Virus record (IMG/VR): IMGVR_UViG_3300045988_017185
Source of the DNA: a virus
Reading direction: 5' to 3' (one strand)
DNA: 42,784 nt
Part shown: piece after piece, positions 1 to 9,171 of the stretch
How the letters are laid out: the number at the start of each line of letters is the position of its first letter
How positions within the stretch are numbered: the stretch's first letter is position 1
Translations under genes and position numbers: made by a program
The notes under the pieces: generated by a model
The model's database searches: none
Told to the model about the DNA's origin: nothing
The model's input: the letters and a program-made list of their open reading frames with translations, nothing else

Positions 1-77
1 AGTCAAACCAATATATTCCCTGAAGGTTTGGACATTAAGATACTTGTCAAGGAACTTCCGTTCAATGAGCTTCCAGA
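1..77. repeat. 77-bp terminal overlap, identical to 42708-42784 (circularised assembly junction)
   Basis: Base-by-base identity of the first and last 77 nt. The overlap lies inside a continuous reading frame (gp11-like). Confidence 0.97.
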
Positions 78-306
78 ACAATTTAGAAAATATATTACAG
101 TTCGTTCTTCTAGGATATTCCAAATGAGATACCTAGGGGACGATGGATTAGACCTTCATCTTCAAACTGAAGAGACTGCTGCTTATGCAGATGTGGTTGA
201 CTATGATTTGACTACAGGTGACTACAATGTCTTTGAGGATGGAGACTTTATCCAGATAGCAAGACACAGAGGAGTACCGTATGCCCCTTATTTCCCAGAG
301 CATTAG
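1..306 (+). CDS. tail tubular protein A (T7 gp11-like), C-terminal part; continues from 42399-42707 across the junction
   Basis: Frame 1 is open from base 1 and is the same frame as 42399-42784. The joined product is ~204 aa, and its N-terminus (ELDAVNEILSAIGSSPVSSLED) resembles T7 gp11. Confidence 0.9.
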   Translation, partial: SQTNIFPEGLDIKILVKELPFNELPEQFRKYITVRSSRIFQMRYLGDDGLDLHLQTEETAAYADVVDYDLTTGDYNVFEDGDFIQIARHRGVPYAPYFPEH

Positions 307-2788
307 TTCCTTTAAGGGTGGCGTATCCCAACAGCCTGATATTATACGGTTCCCTGACCAAGTAGAAGAACTTATAAATGGTTTCCCTAGTGAAGTAGAA
401 GGTCTTCAGAAGAGACCTCCAACTATTCATATAGCTAGACTCGGAGACTCTATGGGTAACAATAAGGTAAGATACCATGTTATCAATAGAGATGAGAATG
501 AGCAATACATCCTAGAGATGCGCTCAGGTAGTCTTAGAGTATGGGACTTGGATGGTAACGCTAAGACTGTCAACATTAAGGAAGATGCTAGTTATCTGAC
601 TGTAACAGACCCTATAAAGGAATTTAGAGCTGTAACTGTAGCTGACTATACGTTTATCCTGAACAACACCATTAAGACTGCTATGACTGATGATCTCAGT
701 CCAGACACAAATGATGGCAAGGTGTTGTTTGATGTCAGAGGTACTGCCTATGGTAAGACCTATGAGATATGGCTTAATGATAAGTTCTGTGCCGGTGTAA
801 GATTGCCTTCGGGTAACTCTGCATGGCACGTTAGATATGCCAATACTCAGAAGGTTGCAGAATGTCTTTACTATGCTTTGATTGGCACTAAGCCTACTGA
901 AGGTTATTGGGAAGGTGTAGCATGGAAGACTGGGTTTAGTCAACTGGCATCCCCAGGTGACGAAGATGTTTGTTCTATTGCTACGTCTGATGATGGTTGG
1001 AATAATGTAGGTATTACAGGTACCTTTGAGGCAGAACAAATAGATAACAGTTCTACTCTGTCTGTCCGTAAGAAAGATGGAAGTGACTTCGAGTATAACA
1101 TTGAAGATGGTTATGCCGGTGGTAACTTCTACTCTGCTAAGGACTGGGTGTCTTCAGAAAATAAGCTACCCAATGATGCACCTGATGGTTTTGTATTGAG
1201 AATTAAAGGCTACACTTCAGGTGATACTTCAGATGACTACTATGTCAAATGGAATGCTAGTGAAAAGACTTGGCAAGAAACTCTAGCTAGAGGGATTCCC
1301 TATAAGATTGATGCTCAGACAATGCCTCATGCTCTTGTAAGAGAAGCTGATGGTACCTTTAGTTTCAAGAGATTGGAATGGATAGATAGACAAACAGGTG
1401 ACGAAGATAGTAACCCTGAGCCTACCTTCATTACTCGTACAATCAATGATATATTCTTCTATCGTAATAGACTAGGCTTTATTGCTGATGAGAATATCAT
1501 CTTGAGTGCTAGTGCTGACTTCTTTAACTTCTGGTTTGAGACTGCTACGAGTGTCCTTGATACGGACGCTATAGACGTAGCTGTGAGTTCCAATAAGGTA
1601 TCCATTCTGACTCATGCTGTACCATTCTCTAGGGAACTTATGCTGTTTGCTAGGGAAGGACAGTTTGTCTTAGGCTCAGATGGTGTCTTAACTCCTAAGT
1701 CGGTTAAGGTAGATCAAGTGTCTAGCTTTGTGTACAATCCTAATGTTCAACCTATCAATATTGGTAATAGTATTTACTTCATTAACGATAGAGTGAACTA
1801 TTGCTCTCTTATGCGTTTCTATACGATTCAAGATGTAGCAGACCTAAGAGATGCTGAGGATTGTTCTAGTCACGTACCTAGATATATTCCTACAGGAATC
1901 ACTAGACTCTCTGGGAACTCCACAGAAAATGTCATTACTTGTCTTTCTGATAATACCCCTAATACTGTATATACTTATAAGTTTATTCTTGTCAACGGTA
2001 ATACAATCCAACAATCGTGGTTTAAATGGACTTTTGGGACTGATGACAGTCGTGTCTTATTGGCTGACTTTATCAATGCTAATATATACATGATTATAAG
2101 TACACCATCAGGTTTATTCCTAGAGAAAGCTGAATTGACTGGCAATACTCTAGATTATCCTGATGAGCCTGTAAGACTCTTCATGGACAGAAAGACAGAG
2201 TACACGATACCTCAAGGAAACAAGTATAGTGACTTCAATAATTATACAGAGGTGTCACTTAAAGATGTCTATGGTACAACTCCTACAGAAGGCTATACGT
2301 ACTTCCTTGTCACTCCTGAAGGTTATCTTTATAAGACAAGCGAATGGGATGATAACGGTGTATTCAGACTTACAGGAGACCTTAGAAATAAGAAGGTATT
2401 CGTAGGAAGACAGTATGTTCTTGATGTTACTTTGTCTAGACCTTTGATTAAACAGAATAATAGTCAAGGTGCAGTTGTTTCTGAAGACGAAGGAAGACTC
2501 ATGCTGAGATACTTCTGGTTTAACTATTCTGATTCCGGTGTGTTTAATACAAAGGTAATCAATAGTTTGAAACATAAAGAATATACCTATACTTGTGCAT
2601 CTAAGAATCTAGGAGTGTCTGACTTGTTGCTTGGTGTCAATAAGGTATTCGGTGGACGCTTTAAGTTCCCTGTGCATGAGCTGAATAATGAAGTAGCTAT
2701 TAAACTCTATAGTGACAATATGCTTCCTGTGAATATTGTTTCTGGTGGTTGGGAAGGTATGTATGTTAGAAGAACTCAGAAGGTATAA
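281..2788 (+). CDS. tail tubular protein B (T7 gp12-like)
   Basis: 835-aa ORF with GAGGAG SD upstream of the ATG. The N-terminus MPLISQSISSFKGGVSQQPDIIRFPDQ...GLQKRPP closely matches the T7 gp12 N-terminus as remembered. It follows gp11 as in T7. Confidence 0.93.
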   Translation: MPLISQSISSFKGGVSQQPDIIRFPDQVEELINGFPSEVEGLQKRPPTIHIARLGDSMGNNKVRYHVINRDENEQYILEMRSGSLRVWDLDGNAKTVNIKEDASYLTVTDPIKEFRAVTVADYTFILNNTIKTAMTDDLSPDTNDGKVLFDVRGTAYGKTYEIWLNDKFCAGVRLPSGNSAWHVRYANTQKVAECLYYALIGTKPTEGYWEGVAWKTGFSQLASPGDEDVCSIATSDDGWNNVGITGTFEAEQIDNSSTLSVRKKDGSDFEYNIEDGYAGGNFYSAKDWVSSENKLPNDAPDGFVLRIKGYTSGDTSDDYYVKWNASEKTWQETLARGIPYKIDAQTMPHALVREADGTFSFKRLEWIDRQTGDEDSNPEPTFITRTINDIFFYRNRLGFIADENIILSASADFFNFWFETATSVLDTDAIDVAVSSNKVSILTHAVPFSRELMLFAREGQFVLGSDGVLTPKSVKVDQVSSFVYNPNVQPINIGNSIYFINDRVNYCSLMRFYTIQDVADLRDAEDCSSHVPRYIPTGITRLSGNSTENVITCLSDNTPNTVYTYKFILVNGNTIQQSWFKWTFGTDDSRVLLADFINANIYMIISTPSGLFLEKAELTGNTLDYPDEPVRLFMDRKTEYTIPQGNKYSDFNNYTEVSLKDVYGTTPTEGYTYFLVTPEGYLYKTSEWDDNGVFRLTGDLRNKKVFVGRQYVLDVTLSRPLIKQNNSQGAVVSEDEGRLMLRYFWFNYSDSGVFNTKVINSLKHKEYTYTCASKNLGVSDLLLGVNKVFGGRFKFPVHELNNEVAIKLYSDNMLPVNIVSGGWEGMYVRRTQKV

Positions 2789-2790
2789 TA

Positions 2791-3669
2791 ATGGCTGGTA
2801 ATTTTGTTGGTGGTATTATTGGTGCGGCTATAGGTACAACTGTTGGTTTAATTGGCTCTATTAAGGGTATCAGAGACACACAGAAAGCAATGAGGAAATC
2901 CTACATTAGACAGATGGAAATCCTCATACAGAACTATAACTATAACCAAAATGCCTTAGATCAAGAAAGTAGGTTTAACCTAGAGTCTGCTAAACAGAAT
3001 CTTTTTAACATAACCTTCAATGGCATTCAGAATAACTCTGCTGTCTTTGCTGCTCAAGGTGAAACAGGTTATGAAGGACGTACAGGACAGCAGATAGCTA
3101 GAGCTATAACTGGACAAGTAGAGAGACGTAGAACTGGAGTAATAGAAAACTATCAACAACAAGATTATCAAATAAGAAGAGAAAGAGATAATCTTTATAT
3201 ACAGACACAAAAGACTGTTGAACAAGCAGAAGATAATTTCAACAATATGCAGACTTCTGATCTTGAAAATGTCTTTAATGTTATGCACACTTCTGCTATG
3301 GCAGGTTACCAAGGCTTTATGATTGGTTCTGGTATTGGTGGTGGCTTTGGTGGTGGCTTTGGTGGTGGTGCAGGTGCAAGTGGTGCCGGTAGTGGTTCAA
3401 TAAATCTTAATGGTCTTGGTTCTAGTGGTGCATTGAGTACAGGTGCATCAGGTGCTTCTAGTGCAGGTTCCTTCTCGTTGTCTGCCGGTGGTGGTGGTAG
3501 TGGGATGTCTTCTGGATGGAGTTGGAATAGAGCAATGCAGTCCTTCAATCAGGTTTACTCACAGCAAAGCTCCATACAGAATATGTTCTCTCAGTTCGGA
3601 GCATTGGGGCAATCTTTAGGTGCCTTGTTTGGTAACACTAGAAACAATAGATACAACTTTATTTACTAA
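2791..3669 (+). CDS. internal virion protein (T7 gp14-like) with a long Gly/Ser/Ala-rich C-terminal half
   Basis: 292-aa ORF. The N-terminal half (RQMEILIQNYNYNQNALDQESRFNLESAKQNL...ENYQQQDYQI) parallels T7 gp14. Its position is between gp12 and the gp15-like gene. Confidence 0.75.
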   Translation: MAGNFVGGIIGAAIGTTVGLIGSIKGIRDTQKAMRKSYIRQMEILIQNYNYNQNALDQESRFNLESAKQNLFNITFNGIQNNSAVFAAQGETGYEGRTGQQIARAITGQVERRRTGVIENYQQQDYQIRRERDNLYIQTQKTVEQAEDNFNNMQTSDLENVFNVMHTSAMAGYQGFMIGSGIGGGFGGGFGGGAGASGAGSGSINLNGLGSSGALSTGASGASSAGSFSLSAGGGGSGMSSGWSWNRAMQSFNQVYSQQSSIQNMFSQFGALGQSLGALFGNTRNNRYNFIY

Positions 3670-3678
3670 GGAGACTAG

Positions 3679-5913
3679 ATGCCAACTTATCAAAATAGTT
3701 CAGGTAATTCTGGTATCTCTAGACAGTATGGTGAGTGGAGATACTTTAATGCTAATCTAGGTGAGCTTGATAACTATAGGGCACCTAGATTGAATACTAG
3801 AGTTCAACCTGCTGTAGCTCCACAGCAAGTAGATTGGGGTAAAGCTCTTATAGAAGTAAACAAAGGATTGTTCGGTCTATTTGAAGCACGCAGAGAATAT
3901 TCCTATAAGTTAGCTGATGATTGGCTTGCAAAGCATAGCCTTGAAGAATATCATCAAATGATGAAGGACGGTAATGTACCCTTCCAAGATGACCCATTGG
4001 CTATGCAGAGACTCAAGTTTAGACACGGTGAGATTCTTGCAGACATAGCACAACAGGACTTTCAGAGTCGTATTGACAAGGGTGAGTTCGTAGGCATGGA
4101 GCCTGAAGAGGTAGATGCAGAAAACTTTAAGTACATGAATCAGGTACTTAATGAAGATACTGATGTCTATCCTTATAAGGCTGATGGTGACTGGTTCTTC
4201 AATCAAGGATTCTGGGCTAACTCAAATAAGTTTAGATCACAGGTATTTGCTAAGTCTAAGGCTGTCGATGATGACAGAACGAAACAGCAAGCTTTGATTG
4301 AGATTGAAGCAAGCATCCAAAAGATGGTCTTTGGTGGTGCCAATGCTAAACAACTTAGTGATGCTATGGGTTTAGCTTTTGATGCTTATGGTTATCATCT
4401 TACACCGACTGAATACGCTAAGTTAGCTAGTGGTCTAGGAGAGGTTCTTTCATCTACTCCTTGGGGTAGTCAAGTGTTGGAACGCATGAAGAACATGAAA
4501 GTTCCTACTCTTGGAAATATTACCTATAGTGATATTTGGGGTGGAGAGAAAGGACTACAAACCCTCAAGCTGAAGTCTGTCAACTTTAAGCATAGCAATG
4601 ATATGGAGCTTAGACGCTCTGATAGAAACAATATCGAAGCTATGATCGAAAAGGGAGATGTTGAAGGTCTCCAAGAAAAAGCTCTGCATATCAGAGCTGA
4701 GGATGGTGGAGACTCTGATAGATTCAAAGAATACTGGGATGCCGTAGCTAAGGCCCAAACACAGAGAGACAATCTAAACAAACAGGCAGCTAAGGCTTAT
4801 AAAGAGTCCACAGAGAATTATGCTAACTTATTGCTTGCAGATACCTATTTGTCTTACTTGAAGAATAGAGACCCAAGATTACAAAAGGATACTTTAGGTA
4901 ACTATTGGGAAGCTCTTGGTAAACAACTGGGTGGCTTCAAGCCTGATGCAGATGTTGACATCAAGTTAACCAGAGAAAACATAGATGCTATCTTTGCTGA
5001 TGCTGTACAGAGTGGACGATATTCTCCTGCTGATATAGCTTCAATGGCTAACGCTACGTTTGATACCTATAATCCGGCTAGAAAGTATATCAATAGTGGT
5101 TCTAGTGCTATTATCAGAACAATACAAGGACAAGTTAACGGTCTGATCTCTAATCCTAAGATGCAGATTGAAGCTCCTGATAACTTGTCTAGCTTCATGG
5201 AAATCTTTAACGCTGACCCTTCAGCTTTTGGTAATCTTGAGAATAAAGATTCATTGATGATGCAGTCGATGTTTTATGCACTATCAAGTGGTATCATGGA
5301 CTATAATCAAATGGTTCGATCAATGAATTGGTATGCTAAAGAAAGTAAAGATTCCAAGGATGTAAAAGTTCTCACCAATAAGATCATCAAGAGAGATATT
5401 ACAGATAAACTTGATTTGCTGTCTCTTGGTGCTAGTGGTGCTATTGATAACACACCTATGGTTAAATCTCTTGTTCAATACACAGCAGGTTTCTATAAGC
5501 TGTTGGGGTTGGACAATGAAGAAGCTATCAATAAAGCTGTTGAACAAATAGACCTTAATTATTATCAGATTGGTAACAATATGGTTCCTAAGAGATTCTT
5601 TAATAATAATGAATTGTCTGCTAAAGGAACTGAAGTTCTAGCTGATAAGTGGGCTAAGGATGTGTCTAAGGAACTTGAAGCTAGACACATGGATTTTGAT
5701 AGTGTCAACATCTGGCACAATCCTTATGATGATTCTATAGGTGTTTACGATAAAGGTAACGGTACTGAGATTATGTCTTTAACTAGAGAAGACTTGAAGA
5801 AGAGAATAGATAAAGAAAAAGACAATATCTTTATTAAGGTTAAGACAGAAGACTATCGTAGAGCCGCAGGTGGTACCGGTGTTGTACCTGAAACATTTGA
5901 AGGTGGAGACTAA
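3679..5913 (+). CDS. internal virion protein (T7 gp15-like)
   Basis: 744 aa (T7 gp15 is 747 aa). The motif QDDPLAMQRLKFRHGE resembles T7 gp15 QDDPYAMEALRVKTGR. Synteny agrees. Confidence 0.85.
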   Translation: MPTYQNSSGNSGISRQYGEWRYFNANLGELDNYRAPRLNTRVQPAVAPQQVDWGKALIEVNKGLFGLFEARREYSYKLADDWLAKHSLEEYHQMMKDGNVPFQDDPLAMQRLKFRHGEILADIAQQDFQSRIDKGEFVGMEPEEVDAENFKYMNQVLNEDTDVYPYKADGDWFFNQGFWANSNKFRSQVFAKSKAVDDDRTKQQALIEIEASIQKMVFGGANAKQLSDAMGLAFDAYGYHLTPTEYAKLASGLGEVLSSTPWGSQVLERMKNMKVPTLGNITYSDIWGGEKGLQTLKLKSVNFKHSNDMELRRSDRNNIEAMIEKGDVEGLQEKALHIRAEDGGDSDRFKEYWDAVAKAQTQRDNLNKQAAKAYKESTENYANLLLADTYLSYLKNRDPRLQKDTLGNYWEALGKQLGGFKPDADVDIKLTRENIDAIFADAVQSGRYSPADIASMANATFDTYNPARKYINSGSSAIIRTIQGQVNGLISNPKMQIEAPDNLSSFMEIFNADPSAFGNLENKDSLMMQSMFYALSSGIMDYNQMVRSMNWYAKESKDSKDVKVLTNKIIKRDITDKLDLLSLGASGAIDNTPMVKSLVQYTAGFYKLLGLDNEEAINKAVEQIDLNYYQIGNNMVPKRFFNNNELSAKGTEVLADKWAKDVSKELEARHMDFDSVNIWHNPYDDSIGVYDKGNGTEIMSLTREDLKKRIDKEKDNIFIKVKTEDYRRAAGGTGVVPETFEGGD

Positions 5914-5915
5914 TA

Positions 5916-8900
5916 ATGCCTAAAGACTTTAGTGGACAGTATCCTATACATAATTTAGATATTGTTAATTCTGGTATAACTGCTAGTGTTCCTTCTAGTG
6001 CCCAAGCCTATAGGGAAGAGCTATATCAGCAACAACGAAGAGAAGAACAAGCAGCAGATGAAGTAGGCTATTTAGGTGGCCTTGAGCATAGTGCATTGGG
6101 TACCGTAGCTAGAGTCAGATTTCTTTCAGATAATCCTTTCGGTGAAGCTACAGATTACATACCGACTGATGAACAACGAAAGAAGATACTTGAAGCAGTC
6201 AACTACAATGAAGATGCTTACAATGCTGTTGCTCGTAGATTGAACTCAGCAGATGATATAGACAATGCCATTGAGGTAATCAGAGACAACATAGAGTACA
6301 ACAAGAAGTCCGCTGATGCAGGCATATTGGATAACCTAGCGTCTGGTTTAGGTGATGCTATGGTTGACCCTGTTAACTGGGCAGCTACTATAGGTACCGG
6401 TGGTTGGGGTATGCTTGGAAGAGTAGTCGCAGGTGGTGTCTCTAATGTTGCTTCTGGTTTGTACAGTCAGCAACATACAGGTGTTGAATCTGATATGATG
6501 ATGGATGCAGCCGCAGGTATCGTGTTCGGTGCAGGTGCAGAACTTATGTCAGCAGCCTCAAGAAAGTTCTATGCTAAAGCATGGGCTGAGTCTATGACAG
6601 GTAAGAGTAACTTTGTTGCTGAAGGTAAACCTGCATTGGGATACTTTGAGAATCCTAGCAGACTTAGAAAATTCAGAGTAGCCGCAGAGTCTTTTGCAGA
6701 GAATCTTAAAGATGGCATGAGGGTTACTGTCAATGGGATGTTCGATGACATTGACCCTAATGGTGGACTTAGAAGAATCCTTGATAGCTTTGTCAAGAAT
6801 GAAGCAGGTATAGTTGACCCTGAAACAGGTATCCATAGACAATATGGAGATAGATTTAAGACTGCTGAAGAGTATCACAACGAAGGCGAGAGTGATATTC
6901 TAAGACTAAGAGAAGAGTTTGTTGATGACAAGAACAAGATGACTCTTAGAGGTATTTCCACAGAAGAACTGAGCGATGCTATGTACAAAGTAGCAGCCGG
7001 TAAGGAAATACCTGAAAGACTCAAAGAGTTCTCTCCACAGATTACAGCAATGGCTAAGAAGTATAGAGCATTGTTGGATAAAGACAATATGGACATGATT
7101 GCCATAGGTAAGTGGGAGAATGGTGCTGTTGACTCTGCTACCTATGTTCCTAGAGTCTGGGATGTCTATAAGATTTCGGATGCTCTTAGAAGAATTGGTG
7201 GCAACAACATAGATGCAATGCAGAAGCTAGGTCAGAGATTAGCTCACTTAGTCTATGATGGTACTCGTAAGAATCCTCAAGCTTTGACAGATGTCTATAA
7301 AAGCTATCAACTAAGACTTAAAGATGAACTGAAGGGTGTTAAAGGTGAAGCAGAAGCTTTCATACCTCCTACGATAGATTCACCTGAATTTGCTGAGTGG
7401 ATGATGAAGGAGGCCACAGAGTTTGCTCTAGGTGTAGTCGATCAGGGTAAGCACATTAACTCTGTGTTTGACCCTCGTAATCCTTTGTCTTCTTTTGGTG
7501 ATGGTGGCAAGCATAGAATACCTTGGGATACTTCCTTTAGAGATACTGATGGTTTGTGTCTGGATGACTTTAGAGTTGACTTCTTTGATGCTGTAGATAG
7601 ATACCATAGAAGAGCTACAGGTGAACTGATAGCAAAAGAAGTCTATGGTGCTGATGGAGCTAAGGGACTTCAGGATATGTTCAATAAAGCTATCCGTGAA
7701 GAAATAGACAAGAGACCTGTAGCTAAACCTGATGCAGAAGCTAGATACACTAAAGCTTCAGATATTCTCATTAAGAAAGCTTTTGGTATTGGACTAAGAG
7801 ACTATGATGAAGGTCTTGGTGTAGGTACAGCATTGAGTGAAATTCTTAGAAACCTTACCTTTGCTACGTCTAACAGCTATATGGGTATTTTGAACTATCT
7901 GGAGACTTCTGCGGGTGTTCTAGCGTATGGCCCTAGTCTTCTCCTTAAGTCTATACCGGGATTTAACAAGGTTATGACAAGATGGGCTAAGGGTGGCATG
8001 ACTCCTGCTGAAGAACGTGGTGTCATGGACTTGTTGTTTACTCAGGAGCCTGTAGTTAGATCGTCTTGGGGTGACATTAGAAGACACAACAGGTATCGCT
8101 TTGGAGATCATAAGGTTCTGGCTGATATTGTGTCTGGTACTCAGATATTGTCTCAGGCATTACCTACAACTAAATTCCTTCAGGCTTCACAGATCAACAT
8201 TGTTGATACAGCTAGAGGGATGATGTTGGCTCAAATCATCAGAGGACAGAAGGGAGGCTTCTTTAGAAAGGGTACTTTGACTAGACTGAATATTACCCCT
8301 AAAGATATGGCTCACCTGAAGAGAAAACTAAAGAAGGCTTTTGCTGTAGATGTTAAGGGTGGTATTATTATCAGAGATATAAATGAGGTTACTCGTGACC
8401 CTAGAGCTTTGACTACCTTGAGAAGGCTTGGAGACTATGCCGCTGATGAAACAATCCTTAGACCTAGCCTTGGTGATACCTTTAAGTGGGATACTAATGC
8501 TAGTCCTATCATTGGATTGTTGACTCAGTTTAAGAGTTTTGCTATTCGTTCTTGGTCTAAGAGAGCTGTAAAGGCAGTTAACAGAGTAAAGGAAGGAGAT
8601 GCTTTGTATCAGGCAGGTAACTTCTCTGTCTCTGTTGCATTGGCTACCATAGGTAACTTGGGTATCACAGCTATTAGAACTTCTGGTATGTCTGAAGAAG
8701 ACAGAGAGAGATACTGGCAGATGTCTATGGGTATTGATATTAACGGGAATATCAAAGAGCAATTGTTACCGGCAGTAGAATCAAGTATCCTTAGATCGTC
8801 TCTGTTGGCTGCACCTGCATTGTTGCTTAATGCAGCAGGTATAGGCACATTCTCTAAGACTACTTCTGATGCTCGTATAGTTGACCCTGATGCTCCTAAG

Positions 8901-9161
8901 CTGTGGAATAACATGAACCTTGGTGATTTCCTTGTTCAAAATATGCCTGCACTTAGAACAGCAAATAATTATACGAATCTTGGCATAGGTCTAGCTAATT
9001 ATATGGCTATTAGTACCAATCCTGATGATTATACCTACGAGCAAGAACAAAAGAATATCAATAATCTCTGGAAATCTTTAAAGTCTATTACTCCTCAATG
9101 GGGCTATATGACAAATGCACCTTTGGATAACCTAAAGGATGAATACACAGATTTAGAATAA
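5916..9161 (+). CDS. internal virion protein (T7 gp16-like), without a recognisable N-terminal lytic transglycosylase region
   Basis: 1081-aa ORF. Blocks GVDPVNWAATIGTGG, YVPRVWD and LLTQFKSFAIRSWSKR parallel T7 gp16 blocks. It is ~240 aa shorter than T7 gp16 at the N-terminus. Confidence 0.85.
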   Translation: MPKDFSGQYPIHNLDIVNSGITASVPSSAQAYREELYQQQRREEQAADEVGYLGGLEHSALGTVARVRFLSDNPFGEATDYIPTDEQRKKILEAVNYNEDAYNAVARRLNSADDIDNAIEVIRDNIEYNKKSADAGILDNLASGLGDAMVDPVNWAATIGTGGWGMLGRVVAGGVSNVASGLYSQQHTGVESDMMMDAAAGIVFGAGAELMSAASRKFYAKAWAESMTGKSNFVAEGKPALGYFENPSRLRKFRVAAESFAENLKDGMRVTVNGMFDDIDPNGGLRRILDSFVKNEAGIVDPETGIHRQYGDRFKTAEEYHNEGESDILRLREEFVDDKNKMTLRGISTEELSDAMYKVAAGKEIPERLKEFSPQITAMAKKYRALLDKDNMDMIAIGKWENGAVDSATYVPRVWDVYKISDALRRIGGNNIDAMQKLGQRLAHLVYDGTRKNPQALTDVYKSYQLRLKDELKGVKGEAEAFIPPTIDSPEFAEWMMKEATEFALGVVDQGKHINSVFDPRNPLSSFGDGGKHRIPWDTSFRDTDGLCLDDFRVDFFDAVDRYHRRATGELIAKEVYGADGAKGLQDMFNKAIREEIDKRPVAKPDAEARYTKASDILIKKAFGIGLRDYDEGLGVGTALSEILRNLTFATSNSYMGILNYLETSAGVLAYGPSLLLKSIPGFNKVMTRWAKGGMTPAEERGVMDLLFTQEPVVRSSWGDIRRHNRYRFGDHKVLADIVSGTQILSQALPTTKFLQASQINIVDTARGMMLAQIIRGQKGGFFRKGTLTRLNITPKDMAHLKRKLKKAFAVDVKGGIIIRDINEVTRDPRALTTLRRLGDYAADETILRPSLGDTFKWDTNASPIIGLLTQFKSFAIRSWSKRAVKAVNRVKEGDALYQAGNFSVSVALATIGNLGITAIRTSGMSEEDRERYWQMSMGIDINGNIKEQLLPAVESSILRSSLLAAPALLLNAAGIGTFSKTTSDARIVDPDAPKLWNNMNLGDFLVQNMPALRTANNYTNLGIGLANYMAISTNPDDYTYEQEQKNINNLWKSLKSITPQWGYMTNAPLDNLKDEYTDLE

Positions 9162-9171
9162 TGGAATAAAC

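Noticed and set aside
1-77. The end duplication as the phage's direct terminal repeat
   Set aside because: It lies inside the gp11-like coding sequence and simply closes that reading frame. T7-like terminal repeats lie in the non-coding region between gene 19.5 and the early promoters.
3306-3548. 80-aa Pro-rich ORF on the - strand
   Set aside because: It is the complement of the GGT/GGC-rich glycine tract of the gp14-like gene. The reverse complements of Gly codons read as Pro/Ala.
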